Positions 17,334-24,993 of a DNA stretch of 27,467 nt are shown here, piece by piece. The stretch covers positions 1 through 27,467 of the IMG/VR virus record IMGVR_UViG_3300048575_000466; one strand, 5' to 3'. The notes beneath the pieces are model-generated. The model did not search any database. It was not told where the DNA came from and saw only the letters and a list, made by a program, of their open reading frames with translations. Within the stretch, counting starts at the first letter, position 1. The number at the start of each line of letters is the position of its first letter. The stretch is from a virus (Duplodnaviria; Caudoviricetes). The position numbers and the translations under genes are program-made.

Positions 17334-17660
17334 TTACTTGCCTTGCCCCTCGGCGGCGGTTTCGGGGTCCTCGTCGAAGCCGAAGTCTTCGCCGTCGCCT
17401 GCGCCGTTCCCGGCGGCCTCGGCCTTGTCGGGCGTGGGGTCGCCGGCCGCGCCGGGCTTCTTCTTGCGGGGCGGCGGCGCGTCCTGGGGCGTGTCAATGA
17501 CCTCCACCTCCAGGTCCGGGTCCGCCCGGAGCCGGGCGAGCTGTTCCTCGGTGACGGTGCCCGGGGGGATGTCGCCGGGCTCGGCCCCGTGCCGGAGGCC
17601 GGCCCGGTAATGGCCGCCGCGCAGGCTGCGCGTGCGCACGATGGCGGGAACCTTGCTCAT
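17334..17660 (-). CDS. Mu gp35/HI1506-like protein, 108 aa
   Basis: YRAGLRH...TEEQLARLRADPDLEVE followed by a disordered acidic tail; directly after the major head gene; AGGAGG RBS. Confidence 0.8.
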   Translation of the reverse strand: MSKVPAIVRTRSLRGGHYRAGLRHGAEPGDIPPGTVTEEQLARLRADPDLEVEVIDTPQDAPPPRKKKPGAAGDPTPDKAEAAGNGAGDGEDFGFDEDPETAAEGQGK

Positions 17661-17669
17661 GACGGCCTC

Positions 17670-18575
17670 CTAGTTGAGCCAGGGCGTGACCAGCACGTCC
17701 ACCAGGTTGGCGTTGGGGTTGTCCGAGCCGTCGGAACGCCGGGCCACCTGCACCACCTCGGCGGCAGGCGTGCGCAGGTTGGTGGGCACCACCAGCAGCG
17801 TGGGCTTGATGCCGAGCGGCCGGCCCCCATCGGCGCGGAAGGCGGTCATGGCGTCGTAGGCGGCGTTGAAGTTGGCGTCGTTGAGCGGCTTTTTCGAGCA
17901 ATAGGCCGTCTGCCAGAAGCCGAAGCCGGCGTTGCAGCGGTAGCGGATGCCGAAGCGGTAGGCGTCGGTCATGAAGACCGCCTCGTCCTTGCCGTCGGTC
18001 ATGCTGGCAAGCTCCGGCTTGGTGCGCTCCTGGAACAGCACGGGCTTGAGCACGCGGGAGGTGTCCAGCAGATACCAGGCCGGGTCCGTGCCGGCGTCGA
18101 GGTTGGAGACGACGGCGGCCTCGCCGGTGCCGTCCACGCTGGGATAGACCGGGTGATCGACGTCAAAGAAGTATTGGCCGTCGAAGCACAGCGTGGACAG
18201 GCCCAGGCGCAGCAGGCCGTAGACCAGCTCGTCCGGAAAGCTCTTGGCCGCGCGGCCCATCTCGCCGAAAAGCGGCTTGTAGATGCCCACCTCGTCGTCT
18301 TCGATGTCCGTGCGCTTCACGCTCACCGTGGACTCGAAGAGCTTGTTGACGATGGTGTAGCCGTGGGCGGCCATGTCCTTGAGCACGCGGGAGCCGATCC
18401 ATTCGACGAGCTGGGGGAACTGGCCCAGCCAGCCGTAGGTGTTTGACCGCGACGTGGACGGCATGAGCGTGGCCACCTTGTCCCAATGGGACGGGGTCTC
18501 GCCGTAGACGCGCTGGAACTCGGCCCGGAAGCCGGTAAACAGGGCGCTGACGAGCGCCGGGGTGATGATCGCCAT
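17670..18575 (-). CDS. Major head protein, Mu gpT-like, 301 aa
   Basis: NTYGWLGQFPQLVEWIGSR, CFDGQYFFDVDHPV, WYLLDTSRVLKP, GFGFWQTAY. Confidence 0.96.
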   Translation of the reverse strand: MAIITPALVSALFTGFRAEFQRVYGETPSHWDKVATLMPSTSRSNTYGWLGQFPQLVEWIGSRVLKDMAAHGYTIVNKLFESTVSVKRTDIEDDEVGIYKPLFGEMGRAAKSFPDELVYGLLRLGLSTLCFDGQYFFDVDHPVYPSVDGTGEAAVVSNLDAGTDPAWYLLDTSRVLKPVLFQERTKPELASMTDGKDEAVFMTDAYRFGIRYRCNAGFGFWQTAYCSKKPLNDANFNAAYDAMTAFRADGGRPLGIKPTLLVVPTNLRTPAAEVVQVARRSDGSDNPNANLVDVLVTPWLN

Positions 18576-19157
18576 TTACTTGGCCTCCTTGGCGCTGGCG
18601 TAGAGGTCTTCGGGGATGTTGAGGAGCCTGGCCGCCTCCTTTTCCTCGGCCGACAGCGCGGCCGCGTCGGGGCCGGCCGGCGGCGTGACGGTCGCGGTCT
18701 GCATGGTGGTCAGCGCGGCCACGGGCGCGGCCTTGGCCAGGTAGTCCCGGGCGGCGTCCGGGTTTTGGGCCGCCAGTTCGGTCAACCAGCCTTCGAGGGT
18801 CTTGTGCACCCGGCCGTCGGCCACGGCGGCCTTGATGGCGGCCGACAAGGCGGCGGTACCGTTTTCGGTCTGGGCGGCGGCGAGCTTGGCCTTGAGATCG
18901 GCGTTTTCCGCCGTCAGCGCGGCCACGGCTTCCACGGGCGCGAACCGGGCCGGGTCGGGCGTGGTCGCCTTGGCCGTCAGGTCGGCGATGGCCGCGTCCT
19001 TGCCGGCCAGGATGGCGAGCAAGTCCACGCTGGCGGCGGCTTCGCTTCCGGTCGCGACCTGGGCCTTGAGCTTGTCCAGCAGCGCCGTGACCTCCTCGGC
19101 GGTGGCGGCCACCGGCAGGTTGAGCAGAAAGCGCAGGCGCTTGAGCAGTTCGTCCAT
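18576..19157 (-). CDS. Internal in-frame scaffolding protein, Mu gpZ-like, 193 aa
   Basis: GGAGG followed 5 nt later by an in-frame ATG (MDELLKRLRFLLNLP) after a Gln/Pro linker; Ala-rich coiled coil. Confidence 0.72.
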   Translation of the reverse strand: MDELLKRLRFLLNLPVAATAEEVTALLDKLKAQVATGSEAAASVDLLAILAGKDAAIADLTAKATTPDPARFAPVEAVAALTAENADLKAKLAAAQTENGTAALSAAIKAAVADGRVHKTLEGWLTELAAQNPDAARDYLAKAAPVAALTTMQTATVTPPAGPDAAALSAEEKEAARLLNIPEDLYASAKEAK

Positions 19158-19730
19158 GCAATCCTCCGGTTGGGGTTGATGTGTTTGGGATGCGGCGACG
19201 TGCCGTGCGGCGGCCACGGCGGCCATGCCGTCGAGGGCCGGATTGTTGGTGAGCGCGGCGTTGATGAGCGACAGCACGGCCCCGGTTTCGGGGTCGAAGG
19301 TGAAAAGCGGCGATATGTAGCGATATTCGTCGGCCCGGATGTGCTCGCGCGCGGCATCGGTCCAGGCCACGCGCGCGAACAGCCCCCGGCCGGGCACGTA
19401 GGCAAGCGCCTCGATCCAGCCGGCGGCCACGGCCTTGTGACCGGCGTCCTTGGCGGTGAGCGTATGGTGCTCGTAGTCGATGCAAAGCGGCGTTTCGCGC
19501 TGGTTGGCGCGAGCGATCAGCGCGGCGGCGATGTCGGAATCGAGCCGCCAGGCCTTGGCGGCGCAGCCCTTGATGCTGCCCGGCCGCCCGTCCCGGGCGT
19601 CGAAGCTGCCGTCCGGGAAAAGCTGGACGTTGCAGCCTTCAGGCAGGGAAGCGGCGTCGGCCACCGGGACTAGCGCCACGGCCAGGGCGGCCGTGGCGTG
19701 CGTTATCGGGGAGTGGGTCGCGTTGCGCAT
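18576..19730 (-). CDS. Prohead protease/scaffold, Mu gpI-like, 384 aa
   Basis: IDYEHHT, AAGWI, VAWTDAA, EYRYISPLF, AALTNNPALDGM; start set at ATG 19730. Confidence 0.94.
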   Translation of the reverse strand: MRNATHSPITHATAALAVALVPVADAASLPEGCNVQLFPDGSFDARDGRPGSIKGCAAKAWRLDSDIAAALIARANQRETPLCIDYEHHTLTAKDAGHKAVAAGWIEALAYVPGRGLFARVAWTDAAREHIRADEYRYISPLFTFDPETGAVLSLINAALTNNPALDGMAAVAAARHVAASQTHQPQPEDCMDELLKRLRFLLNLPVAATAEEVTALLDKLKAQVATGSEAAASVDLLAILAGKDAAIADLTAKATTPDPARFAPVEAVAALTAENADLKAKLAAAQTENGTAALSAAIKAAVADGRVHKTLEGWLTELAAQNPDAARDYLAKAAPVAALTTMQTATVTPPAGPDAAALSAEEKEAARLLNIPEDLYASAKEAK

Positions 19731-19782
19731 GTCCGCCACGCTAGTGGCGGAAGGGCTATGCGCGATAGGTGAAGGGGTTCAG
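19731..19782 (-). promoter_or_regulatory. Putative activator-dependent late promoter, copy 2 (Mu PI-equivalent)
   Basis: CTGAACCCCTTCACCTATC-N13-CCGCCAC-TAGC-GTGGCGG-AC-ATG directly before the protease gene. Confidence 0.82.
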
Positions 19783-19791
19783 GAAGAACCG

Positions 19792-21348
19792 CTAGTCTTC
19801 GTCAGCAATCAATATTTTTTCAGCATCGTCAGGTGCTTTAGAAAATGATGTATTGAACGACTCAAGTTCTAGAACTGGAGCTGAGCGTAATCTATCTTTT
19901 GCAGAATCTGTTGACAAATCAATCTCATTAAATTTCCCTTGTAGCTTTCTGAGGTGTGCATAACAGCCTATGTTAATTGAAAACGCTTGATAGGTTCCTT
20001 CTTTTGATTTGTGGGTGAGCGCAGTTGCGGCGGTATGTATTATTCTGTAATCAAGAAGTCGGTATATTACTTTCCGAAAGCTATCGTTTTGCTGCAAAAT
20101 TCTTTCTGAAATTAGAAAAGCATTTGTCTGCTTGTCTAAACAGAATTCTCTTATGACGTATATTGCCTTTATAAGTGGCTCTTGTTCTGTAACTTCTGAA
20201 TCATGTTTCAGTTCTTGAATTAAATGCTCAAAATTTGATTTGCTTAAAATTCTTACGTCATCCTTGCCAATTCTTCCGTCACTATATTGTTGAACATTAC
20301 TCAAAACTTCTAAAAAAAGCGACAGAGTGTCGCGCGGAACTCCACCTCCAGCCAAGACAAGCCGGTCAAACCCTTCTCCCTTAAACAAGTTGTCAAGTGC
20401 ATCTTTCTTTATTCCCGCGAGGTTGCCAAATTCATGAAAAATCCTTCTGTTTTTTTCTCGTGTCTTGCGAAAATCTTCAAAGGTGTAGTCAATGTTTATT
20501 GGTTGATAGTCATGGCGTTCCTGTGCCCCGATTGGTTGTCCGCCATGGTCAGAATACAGAATTGACACATGTCTAAGCGTAGCCAGCTTGAAAAAGATCG
20601 GTACATCTTTGCAAAGGCGGTGTACATAATCAACAACAAAGGGCTGGTCTTCTTGTCGAAGATGATAAAGGTCATCAATTTGTAAGAACAGGGTCTTGAC
20701 AGACGAAGAAATTTCAAAAAAATCTCTTAATTGCTGTTTAAGTCTTGGGAGCCATAAGTTAATTTCTCGAATTTTATTCTCTTTTATTGTATATTGTTTT
20801 TCAACATCTTCTTTTTGTTTATCTGTGCAGCTAAGGCTTCCCTTCGCTCCCGCACCGCTTCCTGAAGAATATGAAAGGTCAGCACCAGCGTTAAGACTGC
20901 TTTCAGCAGAAGAAAATGTTTTAATAGCAGATTCTGTAAAGTCGTCTCTTTGGCGTAACGCGTTAAGATCCTGCCGTATATTGATAATTAATTCTTTGAG
21001 GCGACGTTTTTTTCCAAACCATCCTTTTAGGTGCTTCTCAAGCTCACCAAATAGCGCGTCGAATATCTCGATCAAAACATTTGGGAAAGAATGGTGCTTG
21101 AAATCTTCACAATTTAGATAAACAGATTCCTTGTCTTTAGACAAATGCCTGGAGGAATATTGCAATAATAAAGTTTTTCCACAGCCACGACGCGCAAAAA
21201 TAACGTGATTCTGGCGCGCGCTAATATCACTGACTTCAGTTCCACTATCTATATAGGTGACGTTTTCTGCACTTCCACGCTGAACTCGTAAGTTCTCTTG
21301 AATGGCATTGCGAAGCTCAGCATATTTGTCTATAATTTTTGGAGCCAT
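19792..21348 (-). CDS. P-loop ATPase (ORC/Cdc6- or STAND-like), 518 aa, AT-rich moron
   Basis: Walker A variant VIFARRGCGKT, Walker B LFLQIDD, downstream AGGGVPRD motif; GAGGA 4 nt before ATG 21348; 20/60 GC in a sampled line. Confidence 0.85.
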   Translation of the reverse strand: MAPKIIDKYAELRNAIQENLRVQRGSAENVTYIDSGTEVSDISARQNHVIFARRGCGKTLLLQYSSRHLSKDKESVYLNCEDFKHHSFPNVLIEIFDALFGELEKHLKGWFGKKRRLKELIINIRQDLNALRQRDDFTESAIKTFSSAESSLNAGADLSYSSGSGAGAKGSLSCTDKQKEDVEKQYTIKENKIREINLWLPRLKQQLRDFFEISSSVKTLFLQIDDLYHLRQEDQPFVVDYVHRLCKDVPIFFKLATLRHVSILYSDHGGQPIGAQERHDYQPINIDYTFEDFRKTREKNRRIFHEFGNLAGIKKDALDNLFKGEGFDRLVLAGGGVPRDTLSLFLEVLSNVQQYSDGRIGKDDVRILSKSNFEHLIQELKHDSEVTEQEPLIKAIYVIREFCLDKQTNAFLISERILQQNDSFRKVIYRLLDYRIIHTAATALTHKSKEGTYQAFSINIGCYAHLRKLQGKFNEIDLSTDSAKDRLRSAPVLELESFNTSFSKAPDDAEKILIADED

Positions 21349-21391
21349 ACATTCCTCATATTTCAAGCTAATTACCTAAAATACGGCATCT

Positions 21392-21420
21392 CTCATAGCT
21401 GGTCCCCATTAATTTGTCCA
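21392..21420 (-). promoter_or_regulatory. Possible sigma70 promoter of the ATPase moron
   Basis: TGGACA-N17-TATGAG; imperfect -10. Confidence 0.3.
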
Positions 21421-21489
21421 GCTTGTGTATGCTTTTGGCGATAGAAAGGCCGTTAGACCTCCGTTAAAATCCATCCTCCCCCTTTCCCC

Positions 21490-21972
21490 CTAGCCTCGCC
21501 CCGCCAGCACCCTTTGCAGCGATTCTAACGCCGTTCCCTCGATTTCCGCCTCATCCGCCGGCCCCACCCCGAAAAACCGCCGGGCCGGAATATCCCCCCA
21601 AGGAATCGGCATCCCGCGCCGGGTGCTGCCGTACTGGCCTTTCCTGGCTCCGAACTGGTGGGTGGCGGCCTTCACGTCGGCCGTTCCCACCCGTGCGAAG
21701 TCCGGGCCGGCCTCGCTATGGATGGAGCCGGCCAGGATGCCGCTGACCTGCAAGAGGGGCTGGGCGCTGCCGCGCTTGGCGACCGTCGCCGGCGACAAGG
21801 CCGCCCAGGGCTCCCCGGTGACCGGGTCGGACTGGCTGGCGAAGGCGCGCTCCGGGATGTCGGCCAGCACGCCGGCCAGGGCGCGGGTCACGGGCGTCAT
21901 GTTGCGGCCGGTGGCGATGATGTTGGCCAGCAGGTTTTGCGCCTGGTCGATATGGACTTCGATCTCGATCAT
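21490..21972 (-). CDS. Virion morphogenesis protein, Mu gpG-like, 160 aa
   Basis: DPVTGEPWAALSPAT, LQVSGILAGSI, AATHQFG, IPARRFFG; ATG 21972 with AAGGA upstream. Confidence 0.92.
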   Translation of the reverse strand: MIEIEVHIDQAQNLLANIIATGRNMTPVTRALAGVLADIPERAFASQSDPVTGEPWAALSPATVAKRGSAQPLLQVSGILAGSIHSEAGPDFARVGTADVKAATHQFGARKGQYGSTRRGMPIPWGDIPARRFFGVGPADEAEIEGTALESLQRVLAGRG

Positions 21973-21987
21973 GCTTATTTCATCCTT

Positions 21988-22090
21988 GTGGATGCGACAC
22001 GGTGACACTCTCCCTGCCGTAGCACGGGCAGCCGCCCGGAGCGCCATGCGAGGTTTCCGCGAAAAGCGGGTGGGAGGCCTCGCCATCCAC
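21988..22090 (-). ncRNA. Candidate structured ncRNA between the MuF gene and gpG
   Basis: Closing stem GUGGAUG/CAUCCAC, three internal arms, and a CUCCC/GGGAG loop-loop complement. Confidence 0.6.
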
Positions 22091-22096
22091 GGTTCA

Positions 22097-22123
22097 AAGC
22101 GCCCCGTGTCTCACGGGGCGCTT
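22097..22123. terminator. Perfect 12-bp hairpin over the MuF stop codon (terminator or processing signal)
   Basis: AAGCGCCCCGTG-TCT-CACGGGGCGCTT; only a short U tract on the minus strand. Confidence 0.5.
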
Positions 22124-23349
22124 CGCTTTTTCAGCCGTCGCAATTCCCGCTCCCGCTTGGCCGCGTCGCCGCTCAGGCGCACCACGCTTTGCACGAAGAG
22201 CGCGTCCCCTTCCACGGTCGCCTTCACCACGACCAGCACGCCGCCGGGCCGATCCAGCACGTAATCCAGCTTCCGCGCGCTTTCCTGCACCCGTTCGCCA
22301 TGGTCCACGGCTTCCTGGACCAGCCGGTAATCCTCGGGGCCAAGCTCCTGGTGCCGCGCCGCCTGCTTGCCGGCCGTCTGCGGCGAGAGCCGGGCCACTT
22401 GCGAGCGTGCGCCGATAAGCCCGGCATCCTCGGCTGGCAGCACGGCTAACGGAAAGTTGCCCACGGGCTTGGCCAGCCACTGGCCCAGCACCGGCCCGCG
22501 CGTCATTTCCCCTACGGCCGCCCGCGCCAGGTCCGCCGGCGCGGCGTCGAGCTTGCGCGTCAGCTCGTCCAGCGCCCCGCCCAGCCAGGACGCGCCCGCA
22601 TTGCCGGAGAAGCCGGCGTCGGTGAAGGCCACGTGGCCGGACTGCGGAACCTTGTAGCCCGTGACCGGCTGCGTGAGCCGCTGCCCGTCGGCGGCGGGCA
22701 CGGTCACTTGCTCCGTGACCATGTGGCCCACGCCGGATTCCGGGCTGACCTTTTCCGCCTCCAGCCGAGAATCCGAAAGCGCCCGCACCCGACAGCGGCA
22801 GTTGAAGCCGTTGGGCGGATAATGCGAACTCCAAAAGGGATCGTCGAAACGGAAGGTGCGGCCGGAAAGGATTTTGTGGGACGGCCGCGTCTTGCCGTCC
22901 AGCACGGCCACATACTGCCACCAGGGCCGGGCGTCGGCGTTTTCGAGCATGGCCTTGTAGCGGCCGGCCATGAAGGCGGTTTGCAGGTTCTGCCGGTAAA
23001 TCAGCCGCAGCCGGGCCGGGCTGCCGAGCTGGACCTTCCGCTCCTCGCCGGTGCGGGGATCGACCATGGACGCCTTGCCCCACCAGCCCTTGGCCCGCAG
23101 CTTCGGCAGCAAGTCCTTGCGAAACCAGGCTTCGGTCTTGCCCTCGGCCAGGGCGGTCTTGAGCGCGGCGCGGATGTCGGCCAGCACGTCCAGGCCCGCC
23201 GCCTTGGCCACGGTGAACGCCTGCGCATGGGCGGCCTGGTCCAGCTCGTGCCAATTGAAAGTGATTTTGTAGCCCTTGGCCTCGAAATAGGCCACGGCAT
23301 CGGCGGGCGGCAGGCCCAGGGCGAAGGACAGGGAAACGGGCGCGGGCAT
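22111..23349 (-). CDS. Minor head protein MuF (gp30-like) with C-terminal putative PBECR-type RNase domain, 412 aa
   Basis: AFTVAK, RLRLIYRQNLQTAFMAGRY, WQYVAVLDGKTRPSH, FWSSHYPPNGFNCRCRV; roughly 120-aa C-terminal extension (domain call is inference). Confidence 0.9.
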   Translation of the reverse strand: MPAPVSLSFALGLPPADAVAYFEAKGYKITFNWHELDQAAHAQAFTVAKAAGLDVLADIRAALKTALAEGKTEAWFRKDLLPKLRAKGWWGKASMVDPRTGEERKVQLGSPARLRLIYRQNLQTAFMAGRYKAMLENADARPWWQYVAVLDGKTRPSHKILSGRTFRFDDPFWSSHYPPNGFNCRCRVRALSDSRLEAEKVSPESGVGHMVTEQVTVPAADGQRLTQPVTGYKVPQSGHVAFTDAGFSGNAGASWLGGALDELTRKLDAAPADLARAAVGEMTRGPVLGQWLAKPVGNFPLAVLPAEDAGLIGARSQVARLSPQTAGKQAARHQELGPEDYRLVQEAVDHGERVQESARKLDYVLDRPGGVLVVVKATVEGDALFVQSVVRLSGDAAKRERELRRLKKRSAP

Positions 23350-23352
23350 GGA

Positions 23353-24993
23353 CTATTCGGCCCCAGCCGTGGGTACGGCCTCGGCCTGGGCCGAAAGCCG
23401 CCCCCACAGCTCGCCCACGAACAGAACCCGGGCCGTCAGTTCCTCCAGGGCCGTGGTGTCCATCTTCGGGTACAGCTCGGCCAGCTTGCCCACGAGCGCT
23501 TCCGGGGCGATGCCGGCTTCGACCTCGGCCAGGATCGGGGCCAACATGTCCCTGGCCAGGGCGGTCAGGACGGCGTCCGGCACCATGGCCGCGTCCACGG
23601 CGTCCTGGTCCGGGAAGCGCGGCTCGTCGCCGCCTGCGGCCGCCAGCGCCGCCGTGGCCTCGGCCGGGTCCGGTTCGTCGGGTTCGTTGGGTTCCTTGGG
23701 CTCCCGGGGCTCCTTGGGCGCGGCGTCCTTGCGCCGCAACACCGGCTCGCCGTCTTCCGGCATGGGGATGCCGGCGCGGTCGTGCGCCCAGCGGGTGGGG
23801 ATGTCCATGACCGTGGCCAGCTCGGGCAGCGACTTGGCCAGCTTCTCCAGGTCTTCGGGCCGGCTCGGGTCGAAGACGAAACGTGGCAGCAAGGCCGGAT
23901 CGGTGACGCCCTCATTGAGGAAGGCCAGCGGGGCCAGCAGTTGCCGCGTCAGCGTGCCGGCGATCTGGCGCGCGTCGCTGGCCAGGATGTCCAGGCGCAC
24001 CTCGTTGTGGATTTCCCCCAGCGCCTGGGAGCCCACGCCCTTGGTGTCCGTGGTGAGCGTCGAGCCCAGGATGGCCTTGGACTGCCCGGTCTCGCACAGG
24101 TCGTGCATGGCCATGAAAGGCTTTTCCGAACCCCGGGCCGCCTCCTCAAAGGATATTTCCATACCCTCGGGGATGATGCCGGCGGCGTCGGAGCCCAAGG
24201 CCCGCAGGGCGTTGAGCAGCGTCTTTTGCTCCTCGTCGCTGGTGTTGGCCGGATACTTGCCCAGGCGCATGGGCAGGCCGTGGATTTCCAGGAACTGCGA
24301 GAAGTCGCCTCGGCAATACTGCTTGAGCAGGTAGGTCCAGCACAGCACGCGGAAAAGCCCGGCCCGGGCGAAGAGGCCGGACTTGCTGCGGTGCTTGTGC
24401 ACGATCCAGCCGAGCGGCCACAGTTCCTGGCCCTCGGGCGTGTCGTCGCGCAGGCGCAAGGTCCCGTCCCGGCCGTCCCAGGAATCGAGGGGCAGCATGA
24501 ACCAGTTTTGCGGCCGGTGGTGCAGGCCGGCAGGCAGATGCCGGGAGCCGTCGTGGCTCCACTCGATTTCCAGGCAGGCGAAGCCGTGGCCGACGGCGTC
24601 GGCCAGGTCCAGAATGACGTCCTCGAAGTCCGGGACGGCCTCCACCTGTTCGCGCACGGCCATGGCCACGGCCTCGGCACGCTTGCCGCCGGCCTTGCCC
24701 GGTTCGATGCGCCAGGGGATGGACAAAAGCGCCCGGCGGCGCTTGGACAGTTCGGCATGGATGTGCTCGTCGCGGTCCTCGATCTCGCCGAAAAGGGTGT
24801 GCTGGCCCACGATGTCGCCCTCGTCGGCCGCGCGCAAAAGCGCCTCCAGCCGCTTGGGTGTGAGCCCGCCGGTCAGGCTGGCGATGTAGGCGTTGTGCAG
24901 CGCGGCCAGCGTCGCCGTCTGCATCTCCTTTCGCGCGCCGCCCCTGAAGGCGGCGAAGGCGGCTTTCAGGCGATCAATCATCGTCGTCGTCAT
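23353..24993 (-). CDS. Portal protein, Mu gp29/DUF935 family, 546 aa
   Basis: IEDRDEHIHAELSKRR, DAVGHGFACLEIEW, FLEIHGLPMRLGKYP, SKAILGSTLTT, ALGEIHNEVR. Confidence 0.95.
   Translation of the reverse strand: MTTTMIDRLKAAFAAFRGGARKEMQTATLAALHNAYIASLTGGLTPKRLEALLRAADEGDIVGQHTLFGEIEDRDEHIHAELSKRRRALLSIPWRIEPGKAGGKRAEAVAMAVREQVEAVPDFEDVILDLADAVGHGFACLEIEWSHDGSRHLPAGLHHRPQNWFMLPLDSWDGRDGTLRLRDDTPEGQELWPLGWIVHKHRSKSGLFARAGLFRVLCWTYLLKQYCRGDFSQFLEIHGLPMRLGKYPANTSDEEQKTLLNALRALGSDAAGIIPEGMEISFEEAARGSEKPFMAMHDLCETGQSKAILGSTLTTDTKGVGSQALGEIHNEVRLDILASDARQIAGTLTRQLLAPLAFLNEGVTDPALLPRFVFDPSRPEDLEKLAKSLPELATVMDIPTRWAHDRAGIPMPEDGEPVLRRKDAAPKEPREPKEPNEPDEPDPAEATAALAAAGGDEPRFPDQDAVDAAMVPDAVLTALARDMLAPILAEVEAGIAPEALVGKLAELYPKMDTTALEELTARVLFVGELWGRLSAQAEAVPTAGAE
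23672..23716 (-). repeat. Five degenerate 9-bp tandem units encoding KEPREPKEPNEPDEP in the portal linker
   Basis: + strand ggttcgtcg ggttcgttg ggttccttg ggctcccgg ggctccttg. Confidence 0.75.

Noticed and set aside
7249-19782. The two repeated blocks as att sites, IS ends or CRISPR repeats
   Set aside because: Only two copies, 12.5 kb apart, in the same orientation at fixed spacing to ATGs; no recombinase, transposase or spacers; promoter geometry fits better.
21973-22086. 38-aa N-terminal extension of gpG, or a small immunity ORF
   Set aside because: No RBS for ATG 22086, and the translation is Arg-rich and not protein-like; gpG homology and an RBS begin at 21972.
21988-22090. HDV-like ribozyme reading of the post-MuF element
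   Set aside because: Stem order is superficially similar, but the L3-equivalent loop (UUUUC) lacks the CC needed for P1.1 and an AAA linker separates P3 from P1; not supportable without a descriptor search or cleavage assay.
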